Source: Candidatus Moranbacteria bacterium RIFCSPLOWO2_12_FULL_48_12
GTDB taxonomy: Bacteria; Patescibacteriota; Minisyncoccia; Moranbacterales; UBA1568
Reading direction: 5' to 3'
DNA: 49,636 nt
Assembly (NCBI GenBank): GCA_001784735.1
Contig: MFSB01000023.1
Span: forward strand, 1 to 49,636
A model generated the notes under the pieces. That model was not told where the DNA came from, searched no databases, and saw nothing but the letters and a program-made list of their open reading frames with translations. This document shows positions 17,459 through 26,111 of this stretch, in pieces. Numbering within the stretch: the first letter of the stretch is position 1; every line of letters starts with the position of its first letter. Both the position numbers and the translations under genes were made by a program.

Positions 17459-18101
17459 TTTCAAGAATGTTGGTGTCCGGGCGTACGACGCCCAATAAAT
17501 AAATACTTGGCTGTACGCCCGAACGTTGCATGTGCCAACAGGTATGTCGGTTACCTGGCTTCGGGTGAGAAAGCCTCAGTAATCCAATTTACATTCCTGT
17601 AGTTTGTGCTCATGCCCCATCGCGTTTGTCCTAACTGGCAAACACTTCTCCCTCCACCGTTCTCTGGCACTAGGCCTTTGTTTCTTAAGGAACAATTTTT
17701 TGTTTCTTTTTGTTTTTCTCCAGATTTTTTTATTTCTCGGGAGTAAACTTTGTTTTTGTTTTGGGTCCTCGTGTTAGGGCGAGGCGGTCGCGAACTTTGT
17801 CGCGGCGCTTGAAAAGTGGAAGAGTCCCCTTCACAATTAGGGGGAATTGTGATGGGAACTCTTCCACCGTTCACGTAAGAAACGGTTCTGAAGGAAGCAA
17901 TTGTCAAAGTTCTATTCATTACCTATCCATTATACCAGAAATAATTGCCTTGGTCAATCGCTTTGGTGTCGTATGGCGTTGTTTGAAGCCTTTTATTTGA
18001 TTGCTTGCAAATAATTATTTTTTTTCTCCCCTAGCATTCTAAAAATAAATAATTTACTTTTTTTTACTGCTCAATATTTTGCTTTTGTAAGGCCAATTTT
18101 C

Positions 18102-19235
18102 CTATTTTTTATTGATATCCAATATCGCCCGTAAAGTGTTTTTACTTGTTCCGATAAACCACTGATTGCCAGCGAGCGCATAGTCGAACGACACATTCTG
18201 GTCGGCGCTCACATTGGCGAAACGGACAGCAACTTGGTTGTAAGCGCTGGAACGGAAAGGAGTGATTTTAGAGACGGAGATATTCGGCTCAAGGATGAGA
18301 TTTTGAAAAGCATACGGCAAGGCAGTCTCTGTCTTGGCAAGAGCCAGCACGGCGGCCGGTGCATCCCTAAAAGTGAGGGCCAATCCGAGGCGCGCGCGTC
18401 CGTCGTCATTATACATATAAAGCGAGAAGTTTTCGTTCGCCAGAGCCGCCACATCCGGAGCGAGGTCAAGTGTCAGAAGAAAAGCGAACCGGTTGAACGC
18501 GAGAGGATTGTTGTTTTGATCGGTTACTAAAAATTCTATCGGCTGAACAATGTTTCCTGCCTTCATACGAAGGGCCGCTTGGGAAAGCGTCTTCCTGATA
18601 TCCTCGAGAGAAACCGTCTCCGTATTGAAAGAAATGTAGTTTGGCTTGTCTAAAGCATAAGGCAGATCTTGGGTGGCAGGCTCCTCTGCATTCTTTGGGA
18701 TAGAAGTGGTATCCGGTAAAAGAGAGGGGTCTTCTGTCTCCATCTGATTCCTCTGGGAGAAAAAGTAGAACACCCCTCCGGCAATGATAACAAACATCAG
18801 GGCCACGATAATCCACATCCAAAGAGCCTGATGGTTTTTCCCAGGTCGGTCGGTGAGCACTTCGCCTCCTTCAGGTGTGAGCCCAGACAAACTATATTTC
18901 AAAGGCTGGCTCTGAGAATCATTGGGAGAGGGAGTATTGCTTGGTCGGGATATAACGCCGAACGGGTTTCCCGCCCGCCCGCCGCCCGCTTTGTCTCGCG
19001 CCTGAAGTACTTTTTCCCCCTCTTCGCTGAATGGGTTAACCGTCTTCTGAGACAAATTATTTTTGTCTTCCTGTTTCTCAGCCTGATCCGGCGACGTACC
19101 CTGTCTTCCGTTCCGGACATCTTCGAGATCATCTTTCATAGTACGCACTATCCCGAGAAGATTGCTTAATTCTTCTTTCGCTTCCTTGTCAGCTGGTTGT
19201 TTTCTTGAAAACCATGAGAATGCCATACGCAGCAA
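18102..19235 (-). CDS. hypothetical membrane-anchored protein
   Basis: Long ORF. Low-complexity N-terminal third, one TM segment (ALWMWIIVALMFVIIAGGVFYFF) and an extracytoplasmic C-terminal domain. No recognisable motif. Confidence 0.6.
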   Translation of the reverse strand: MLRMAFSWFSRKQPADKEAKEELSNLLGIVRTMKDDLEDVRNGRQGTSPDQAEKQEDKNNLSQKTVNPFSEEGEKVLQARDKAGGGRAGNPFGVISRPSNTPSPNDSQSQPLKYSLSGLTPEGGEVLTDRPGKNHQALWMWIIVALMFVIIAGGVFYFFSQRNQMETEDPSLLPDTTSIPKNAEEPATQDLPYALDKPNYISFNTETVSLEDIRKTLSQAALRMKAGNIVQPIEFLVTDQNNNPLAFNRFAFLLTLDLAPDVAALANENFSLYMYNDDGRARLGLALTFRDAPAAVLALAKTETALPYAFQNLILEPNISVSKITPFRSSAYNQVAVRFANVSADQNVSFDYALAGNQWFIGTSKNTLRAILDINKK

Positions 19236-19311
19236 GAAAAGTTAAATTTATATAAAAGAGGGAGTATCACCTCCCCCTCATTATACACCAAATTTTTTCT
19301 TTTTGCATTTA

Positions 19312-19414
19312 CCCCGTTAGAAGTCTGACTTGGGATATAGAATAAAAACAAGCGGCTAAAGAAATTTAAAACGGTGGAACTTTCATAGTTGATTTTGACA
19401 GACTTCTAACGGGG
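19312..19414. repeat. CCCCGTTA-family hairpin element, copy C
   Basis: Perfect 16-bp arms CCCCGTTAGAAGTCTG / CAGACTTCTAACGGGG enclose 71 nt. It lies between the pnp stop and the start of the next minus-strand gene. Confidence 0.85.
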
Positions 19415-19432
19415 CGAGTCACGCATCTCTTG

Positions 19433-21553
19433 TCAATTATCTTGATTCATCTTGTGCAAAGCGGCCTTGTGCGAAAGGTTGATGCGCCCCTGGCTGTCGA
19501 TTTCTTTCACCACGACCGGCACGATGTCACCAACATGAACGACGTCCTCCACGTTTTCCACGCGCCTGTCGGCCAGCTCGGAGATATGGATCAGACCTTC
19601 CTGATTTGGCAGCACTTCCGCGAACGCTCCGAAGTTCATGATCCGGGTAATGCGCGCCTGAAAAAGCTCCCCAGCCCTCACTTCGCGCGTGATGTTATTG
19701 ATCCATTCTACGGCTTGTTTGGCGCTCGTTTCGTCTGTGGAAGTGATGAAGACCGAACCGTCATCCTCGATATCGATGGACACACCCGTCTCATCGATTA
19801 TCTGATTGATCATCTTGCCGCCAGGCCCAATGACATCGCGGATCTTCTCCGGATTGATATGCAGCGTAATGATCCGTGGGGCGTACGCCGACAAATTGGC
19901 TCGCGGTGCTGGAATAACTGAAAGCATTTTTTCCATAATTTCCAAACGAGCGACTTTCGCTTGGGCGACAGCTACCTTGAGTACCTCCGGCGTCAGTCCG
20001 TCGATCTTGACATCCATCTGCATGGCCGTGATGCCGTCGATAGTGCCGGCCACCTTGAAATCCATATCGCCGTAGTGGTCTTCCAATCCCTGGATATCCG
20101 TCAGCACCTTGTATGCGCCGTCCTGGCCGGTGATGACGCCCATCGCGATGCCGGAGACCGGTTTTTTGATCGGCACGCCAGCGTCCATAAGCGAAAGTGT
20201 GGAACCACAGGTTGATGCCATGGAAGAAGAACCGTTGGAAGAGAGCACTTCGGAAACCAGAATAATCGTGTATGGGAACTCTTCTTTGGAAGGCAGGATC
20301 GGCATAAGGGCTTTTTCCGCCAGCGCTCCATGGCCGATCTCTCTCCGCCCCGGACCGCGCATGGGCTTCACTTCACCGACAGAATACGGAGGAAAGTTAT
20401 AAAAATGGATATAGCGTTTCTTCTCATCCGTTTCCATCGTGTCTATCACCATCTGATCACCAGGCGCGCCGAGCGTCGTCACGGTCAGGGCCTGCGTTTC
20501 ACCGCGCGTAAACAAACCGGTTCCGTGGGTCCGCGGCAGTATGCCCACTTGGCACCAGATAGGACGAATCTCCGTCAACTTACGGCCATCCGGACGCTTT
20601 TCGCTCTTCAGGATATTTTTATGAACAATTTCGTCGGCAGCTTCATCTGAAATAAGCGTGAGAAGTTCATCCAAAGACGCTTGCTCCGGAAAAGCTTGTT
20701 TCGCCCAAGCAGTTACTTTCGTAGAAAGATCTGCCATCGCCTCTTCCATAGCTTTTTTCGGGAGAAGATACAGCGCTTCCGCCAATCCTTCCTTAAGAAA
20801 AGCGGCTTTCACCTGGGTTTCAAATTCATCCGTACCACGAAGCAGCGCCGGAGCGGACTTTTCCTTGCCTACCTCGGCACGGATGCCCTCAATAAAAGCG
20901 GTGATTTTCTGAATCGCCTCAAATCCGAACTGAAAAGCTTCCACCATCTTATCTTCCGTCACTTCCTTGGCGGCCGCTTCGATCATATTGATCTTGTCCT
21001 GCGTACCGGAAAGGAGCAGGTCGAGAGCGCTGGCCTTACTCTCATCGGCACTTGGATTGAGGATGAGCGAACCGTTTTCCGCCATACCGACACGCGCTGC
21101 CCCGATCGGGCCACCCCACGGGATATCCGAGAGAGTCAATGCCGCCGAGGCCGCAATCATCGCCACCGTATCAGGATTGTTTTCGCCGTCATATGACAGC
21201 GTAGTCACCACTACCTGAACATCGTTGCGCATCCGACTGTTGAACAAAGGACGAATCGTCCGATCTACGGCGCGACCCGACAAAACAGCGTCGTCTGACG
21301 GACGCCCTTCCCGCTTGATGAAGCGCGAGCCCTTGATCTTTCCCGCGGCATAATAACGCTCTTCATAATCCACCATCAAGGGAAAATACCCCGAGATTTT
21401 CGACGCCCCCTTGCTCATCGTGGCCGCTGCCAAAACGACCGTATCACCATAGCGCACAGTGACGGAACCATTAGCTTGCTGTGCCAAAAGACCGGTTGTG
21501 ATGGTCAATTCGCGGCCTCCCAATTGTAAAGACCATTTCTTCTCTTCTTGCAT
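19433..21553 (-). CDS. pnp: polyribonucleotide nucleotidyltransferase (PNPase)
   Basis: Two RNase PH domains, then KH and S1 (GELFQARITRIMNFGAFAEVLPNQEGLIHISELA). The conserved N-terminus starts at MQEEKKW (ATG at 21553). The track ORF extends to 21601. Confidence 0.95.
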   Translation of the reverse strand: MQEEKKWSLQLGGRELTITTGLLAQQANGSVTVRYGDTVVLAAATMSKGASKISGYFPLMVDYEERYYAAGKIKGSRFIKREGRPSDDAVLSGRAVDRTIRPLFNSRMRNDVQVVVTTLSYDGENNPDTVAMIAASAALTLSDIPWGGPIGAARVGMAENGSLILNPSADESKASALDLLLSGTQDKINMIEAAAKEVTEDKMVEAFQFGFEAIQKITAFIEGIRAEVGKEKSAPALLRGTDEFETQVKAAFLKEGLAEALYLLPKKAMEEAMADLSTKVTAWAKQAFPEQASLDELLTLISDEAADEIVHKNILKSEKRPDGRKLTEIRPIWCQVGILPRTHGTGLFTRGETQALTVTTLGAPGDQMVIDTMETDEKKRYIHFYNFPPYSVGEVKPMRGPGRREIGHGALAEKALMPILPSKEEFPYTIILVSEVLSSNGSSSMASTCGSTLSLMDAGVPIKKPVSGIAMGVITGQDGAYKVLTDIQGLEDHYGDMDFKVAGTIDGITAMQMDVKIDGLTPEVLKVAVAQAKVARLEIMEKMLSVIPAPRANLSAYAPRIITLHINPEKIRDVIGPGGKMINQIIDETGVSIDIEDDGSVFITSTDETSAKQAVEWINNITREVRAGELFQARITRIMNFGAFAEVLPNQEGLIHISELADRRVENVEDVVHVGDIVPVVVKEIDSQGRINLSHKAALHKMNQDN

Positions 21554-21899
21554 ATGTGCGTACCTGTTTTCAGACAAGAAAAAGAAGAACAAAAGATTCA
21601 AAGCACAAAAGTCGGAAAGTGAAGCCTTAGCGGAACCCCGTACAGTCCCGTTAAAATGGGGCTGATGCGTGGGTAAAAGCTTTACTCTTTGATCTTTGAG
21701 ATTTGAACTCTTTTCAAGTCTTCCCTGTCCAAAAAAAAGGTTGTTAATGAACCCAGCACCTTCACCTCAGAGTGTTAAGCTCTGCGAGAAGGGTTTATAT
21801 TTCCGTTCATCCACGCGACGAAATCGCAAAAGAATCCTGAAAGGTGCTGGGTGAATATATTTACTCCCGCACTCTACCGAAAATACTGCCTTTTGTCAA

Positions 21900-21998
21900 C
21901 CCCGTTAGAGAACGCTACGCCCTTGGCGCGACTTCAGTCGCTTGCCCCGTTAGAATAGATATTCTAACGGGGCTTGCAGCGACTTTTCTCTAACGGGG
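21900..21998 (+). repeat. CCCCGTTA-family hairpin element, copy B (a copy-A homologue carrying a nested insertion)
   Basis: Arms are CCCCGTTAGAGAA / TTCTCTAACGGGG, 16 bp if the CAA/TTG extension is counted. The interior is collinear with copy A apart from the extra 28-bp hairpin at 21945-21972. Confidence 0.85.
21945..21972. mobile_element. 28-bp mini-hairpin CCCCGTTAGAATA-GA-TATTCTAACGGGG nested in copy B, flanked by CTTG/CTTG
   Basis: Copy A reads AGTCGCTTGCAGCGACT. Copy B reads AGTCGCTTG[CCCCGTTAGAATAGATATTCTAACGGGGCTTG]CAGCGACT. This is a clean insertion with a 4-bp direct duplication. Confidence 0.7.
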
Positions 21999-22075
21999 TT
22001 GCCAAAAGGCCGATCCCTATGCTAGCTTCCAATCAATGTCCGTTAATAACTGAATAACCAAGAAAGGGCTCTACC

Positions 22076-23503
22076 ATGGCGCTCGCGAAAAACATACTGA
22101 AGGCCGCATCTCAGCCGCCGCTTGTTTTGCTCATAGGTCTAGGCTCTGCTGGCAACGGTGCTACTGATTTTCTCAGCGGCGTCAAAGCGCGACTCCCTCA
22201 TTACAAGTTGTTTGGGGTAGTCACAAGTTTTGTTACCATCGAGGAATTCCGAGTTCGCCTCGAAGCAATGCTTGGGAAATATCCAAGCCTCAGACTCGTT
22301 GTCTTGAGGCTACGAGGTGTTGACACTCCTGGTGAGCTAATCAAAATCATCAAGGAACACAAGCTTGCTATTTTTGGAATCGCCCCTATGCGAGAAAAGA
22401 GCAGCGCAGATCTCCTCGACTTTGGCGCTTTGAAAATCGCTGGGTGCTATGAAGGCTCGAGTTGCACCAAAAATGTAGCCATCGGCGCGCGAAAAATCCT
22501 CAATATAACTACGCCATATGAAGATGACGCCAGCGATAATACTGTCCATTTTGGCGGGATTGCACGCAGGGGAAACGATGATTTTTTCCCGTGGAACGAT
22601 GGTGAAGATGTAGAAAGAGATGTCGACCTGAGCGTTTCACGAAGAGGGAGGCCAAGGACAGCTGAACTCCGAGCCATTGAAGGAGGTACTGATATGCCAA
22701 GCACGCCATCACCTGCCCGAGCTCAACCACCGGCAGCTTTGCCTGAAAATGGTAACCGAGTTGAAATACCGGCTTTTCTGACGAACCCCGGGAGTGGCTC
22801 ACCAAAGCTACCAAAAATCGGATCGAGGGTTAGACCACTCTTATTACTCCGACCGGAATCTCCACCGCCTCCTCCCGAACCCACTGCTCCACCTGCCGTA
22901 AATCAACTGAAGCCCGTCCGGCCACCAGCGGCCGCTCAACCGAAAAGGAAAACCATGAAAAACAAGCGCGATGCAACCAACAATAGTGACAGCGCCACCT
23001 TAATCAAGCAGGTGGAAAAAGGAGCGGAACTTCTGTTGGCGCGAAGGACACTGCTTATGGCCGAAGTTTCAACTATCGACAAGGCTCTCCTGCAACTTGG
23101 TCACATATCCGAAATCGGGATTAGCCGTGCAGCCGAACTTACTGCCGAAGAAAAAGCACGCCGCAAGCCCGGCAAGAAATCGGCAGCTAGCAAAACTCTA
23201 CAACGTGCATCAACCAAAAAAGCAAATGATCACCTGCGCAAGGGACAAGAAATTATCTCGCTGGAGGGAAAAGATACTGTGATGTCCAAGGGGACAGCTT
23301 GGGTATTCAAGCAGTTCCTCGTAAAACAGAAAACCATCCTCCCCGATGCTGATCTGCAGAATGGTAAAAGCCTGGATATGGTAGTCCAGCGCCTGATAGA
23401 CGTCCGCAAAGTGCTCAAAGCGCGTTACGGTGCCAAAGGATCCCGAGCCCTGGTGACCCATGTCAAAGAAGGTCATTCGCTCGACCTTTCGCTCGCGCAC
23501 TAA
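22076..23503 (+). CDS. hypothetical protein with central proline-rich linker
   Basis: 475-aa ORF. N-terminal alpha/beta-like domain (PLVLLIGLGSAGNGATDF...), a Pro-rich tract (RPESPPPPPEPTAPPAVNQLKPVRPPAAAQP) and a basic, helical C-terminal domain. No motif recognised. Confidence 0.6.
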   Translation: MALAKNILKAASQPPLVLLIGLGSAGNGATDFLSGVKARLPHYKLFGVVTSFVTIEEFRVRLEAMLGKYPSLRLVVLRLRGVDTPGELIKIIKEHKLAIFGIAPMREKSSADLLDFGALKIAGCYEGSSCTKNVAIGARKILNITTPYEDDASDNTVHFGGIARRGNDDFFPWNDGEDVERDVDLSVSRRGRPRTAELRAIEGGTDMPSTPSPARAQPPAALPENGNRVEIPAFLTNPGSGSPKLPKIGSRVRPLLLLRPESPPPPPEPTAPPAVNQLKPVRPPAAAQPKRKTMKNKRDATNNSDSATLIKQVEKGAELLLARRTLLMAEVSTIDKALLQLGHISEIGISRAAELTAEEKARRKPGKKSAASKTLQRASTKKANDHLRKGQEIISLEGKDTVMSKGTAWVFKQFLVKQKTILPDADLQNGKSLDMVVQRLIDVRKVLKARYGAKGSRALVTHVKEGHSLDLSLAH

Positions 23504-23537
23504 TTTCGCGACTGCCTACGTGAAGACTTGAATCAGA

Positions 23538-23573
23538 AACCGGGAGCACAGAACTTGTGTCGCCCGGTTTTTA
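23538..23573 (+). terminator. rho-independent terminator candidate
   Basis: AAACCGGGAGCACA-GAACT-TGTGTCGCCCGG followed by TTTTT, about 35 nt after the stop at 23503. Confidence 0.65.
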
Positions 23574-23607
23574 CTTTTTATACAAAGCCTGCAAGGTTTA
23601 TTTCACT

Positions 23608-23698
23608 TTGTCATTCCGAGCGTAGTCGAGGAATCTTGTATTTCTTGAAAAACCATAGAGCGAGATCTCTCCACTCGAAGACTCAGTCGAGATGACAA
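23608..23698. repeat. inverted pair of TTGTCATYCYGARCG...GARGAWYC units
   Basis: TTGTCATTCCGAGCGTAGTCGAGGAATCT at 23608-23636 and a diverged inverted copy ending ...GTCGAGATGACAA at 23698. A second locus of the same family lies at 30233-30320. Confidence 0.7.
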
Positions 23699-23753
23699 GA
23701 AACTCAAACAAAAAAGAATCCGTGGGGTTTCTTTTTGTTTCACGTCTCAAGTT

Positions 23754-24251
23754 TTATATCAGAAAGCGTTTCTTGTTCTGGGAGAGGTTGATGAAATCAT
23801 CCACCTTCTCCACCAGCTTTTGGCTGGCTGACTCCGCGAAAGCGATGGCTTCCACCCGGCAGCCATACGTGCTCTGGATATATTCCACGAGCGATACATA
23901 ATCCCCATCACCGGAAACGATGACGATGACATCGAGCTTGGCCGCCATCTTGATAGCATCCACGGCAATACCGACATCCCAGTCGCCTTTCTTGGATCCG
24001 TCCGGAAAAATCTGGAGGTCCTTGGTCTTTACCTCGAAACCGCTTTTCTGGAGCGCCTCAAAAAACTTTTCCTCTGTGGCTTCCACCGTCTTGATGCCGT
24101 AGGCAATGGCCCGGATCAACTTGCGCTCCTCAGCCGCCGCCATGAGGACATTCTTGAAATTCACTTTTTTATTGTACAGCACCCGCGCGCTGTAATAGAG
24201 GTTCTGAATATCCACCAGCACCCCCACTCTTTGTTCTGCAAACTTCGCCAT
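23754..24251 (-). CDS. NYN-domain (LabA-like) protein
   Basis: VGVLVDIQNLYYSAR, DVGIAVDAI and DVIVIVSGDGDYVSLVEYI give the PIN-like NYN acidic motifs. Start placed at MAKFAEQRVG (24251). Confidence 0.8.
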   Translation of the reverse strand: MAKFAEQRVGVLVDIQNLYYSARVLYNKKVNFKNVLMAAAEERKLIRAIAYGIKTVEATEEKFFEALQKSGFEVKTKDLQIFPDGSKKGDWDVGIAVDAIKMAAKLDVIVIVSGDGDYVSLVEYIQSTYGCRVEAIAFAESASQKLVEKVDDFINLSQNKKRFLI

Positions 24252-24444
24252 AAATGTCTTCGAGTGAAACGAGAAGCTACATTTATGAGCGTCCCGCCTC
24301 AATTCATTATTAAAAATTTATACCGACTCAAACGAGAGCCGCTAGGCGTTTCCGAGCCACTCATTCCAGTCTTTCACTAAACAAAATCGGAATTGGGGCG
24401 GGATAGCTAAATAACCATAATATCTTTTAAAAAAGCAAAAGGGC

Positions 24445-24711
24445 TTAATCAAGCCCCAAAGTCTTCACTACTGCTTTGTATGATTTCTCATTGGTCTTTT
24501 CCAGGTAACTCATCAATTTCTTACGCTTGGATACCATTTTCAAAAGTCCGCGGCGGGAATGAAAATCCTTCTTGTTCTTTTTCAAGTGCAGGGTCAATTT
24601 CTTGATCTGTTCCGTAAAAAGCGCGATCTGATATTCCGGCGAACCCGAATCCTTCTCGTGACGCTTTACCGCGCCGGTTACCTTCTCCTTCTGCTTGTGC
24701 GTCAATGCCAT
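24445..24711 (-). CDS. rpsO: 30S ribosomal protein S15
   Basis: 88 aa with GSPEYQIALFTEQIKKLTLHLKKNKKDFHSRRGLLKMVSKRKKLMSYL. Confidence 0.95.
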   Translation of the reverse strand: MALTHKQKEKVTGAVKRHEKDSGSPEYQIALFTEQIKKLTLHLKKNKKDFHSRRGLLKMVSKRKKLMSYLEKTNEKSYKAVVKTLGLD

Positions 24712-24839
24712 AACTCTTAATGTCAGCTAGAGACCCGCCCGCCTTTGGCGGGCTCGCGCCCAAACCATTAGTGAACCAATCTCCGCTCGTGATAAATAAT
24801 TAACATTGACACTCTACCACGCCTCCCCTCTTTTGGCAA

Positions 24840-26072
24840 TCATGCTCCAAACCTAGCGAGTAGCGAACTAGTCCGTTGTCTGAAGAAAAGAAGAACCAAC
24901 AATCCCGCCAGTACAAAGACCGCCATGCTCATTATCGCGACGCGGTATGAGAGCTGACTGGCTCCGCCGAGCGTAATGATCGCCCCCCATGTCAGCGGTC
25001 CGACAAAAGTCGCAAAACGTTCCGCAAGCGTGTAAAAAGAAAAACCATACCCCATATCCTCCTTTGGCAAAAGTGTGCTCAAATACGCCCGACTGACGGC
25101 AAAAACCGAACCGATAAGCAATCCGACGGGGACAGAAAGAATAGCGAACAGAGTGAAAGTCGGCGCGAAGGCAAGAAGAGGAAGAACTATCAGCCAGCCA
25201 GCCAGTATTATTTTCAGCGCGACGAGCGAACCGAGACGGTCGGCTATCCAGCCGAATGTGATACCCCCGATCGCCGACATAACCAAGACTCCCATAAGCA
25301 AGAGGGACTTTGTGATGTCTGGCGTAGCAAAAACGCGCTCGAGAATTATCGAGTAGTTATTGCCCAATGTGAGCAGGGCATCGTTGAAAAGAAAAAACGC
25401 GATGAGCATCGGAGTGGCAACTGAGAATGCAAAAAATTGGTAGAATTTTTTAACATATGTGCTCGCATCGTTTTTCAGCTCGGAGAAACGTAGTGGCGTA
25501 GATGGTATGCGCGACTCTTTGTAGAAAATCATCATCGGCAACGCGAGAGCGAAGAAGCCGATAAGCGCCGGGAATAATGGCCCGAGGCGGGTTCCCGCCA
25601 GCGTCAAGGTCGCCCCGATACCCAAAACCTGCCCGCAGGCATTGGCAAACTGGCCGATGCCAGAGGCGCGTGCCCGATGTTTTTCGTCTGCTATTTCCGC
25701 AAGCATCGGATTATAGAAAACAAAAGAAAGTTGGTAAAAATATTGTCCAATAAGAAAAAATATCGCAACCCAAATAACATATCCCGTTCCCATGTAGGCA
25801 ACCCACACGGCCAGCCCGTAAGCAATAAATGTCCCAATGGTGGAAAGATTGAGGAAGTATTTTCTGCCGCCGTTACGGTCAGTTTGCGCCGCGAGGATTG
25901 GCGCGGTAAACAGGAGGAGAAGAGTGGCTATGGCAAAAATCGCATTGTACCAAAAATCAGAAAGACCCCCATCTATCACCATCCATTGGGCAAAATACAG
26001 CAGAAAATTCACATAGATTATGGAATTCGCGAAGTCATAGAGCGCCCAAAGGAATAGTTTCTTTTTATCCAT
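24840..26072 (-). CDS. MFS transporter (UMF1/Atg22-like)
   Basis: About 12 TM segments. The N-terminus LWALYDFANSIIYVNFLLYFAQW is typical of the UMF1 subfamily. Confidence 0.8.
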   Translation of the reverse strand: MDKKKLFLWALYDFANSIIYVNFLLYFAQWMVIDGGLSDFWYNAIFAIATLLLLFTAPILAAQTDRNGGRKYFLNLSTIGTFIAYGLAVWVAYMGTGYVIWVAIFFLIGQYFYQLSFVFYNPMLAEIADEKHRARASGIGQFANACGQVLGIGATLTLAGTRLGPLFPALIGFFALALPMMIFYKESRIPSTPLRFSELKNDASTYVKKFYQFFAFSVATPMLIAFFLFNDALLTLGNNYSIILERVFATPDITKSLLLMGVLVMSAIGGITFGWIADRLGSLVALKIILAGWLIVLPLLAFAPTFTLFAILSVPVGLLIGSVFAVSRAYLSTLLPKEDMGYGFSFYTLAERFATFVGPLTWGAIITLGGASQLSYRVAIMSMAVFVLAGLLVLLFFRQRTSSLLARFGA

Positions 26073-26111
26073 ATCCTAATAATAAGTTAAAGTCAATCCT
26101 ACTTCAACCTC

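Noticed and set aside
16702-17919. Track ORFs 16702..17331 (+), 17551..17919 (-) and 17710..18000 (+) as protein genes.
   Set aside because: The first is antisense to yraN and then reads through the 66-bp tandem repeats. The other two are mutually antisense, low-complexity and have no start context. The region is treated as non-coding.
17460-18101. RNase P RNA, tmRNA or SRP RNA in the large non-coding gap. The same check was made for 48800-49098.
   Set aside because: The universally conserved motifs were sought on both strands by eye and not found (RNase P CR-I/CR-V, the tmRNA tRNA-like ends, SRP GGAAGCAGCC). One GAAGGAAGCA match at about 17890 lacks the surrounding helix-8 context. The region is kept only as an unassigned-region finding.
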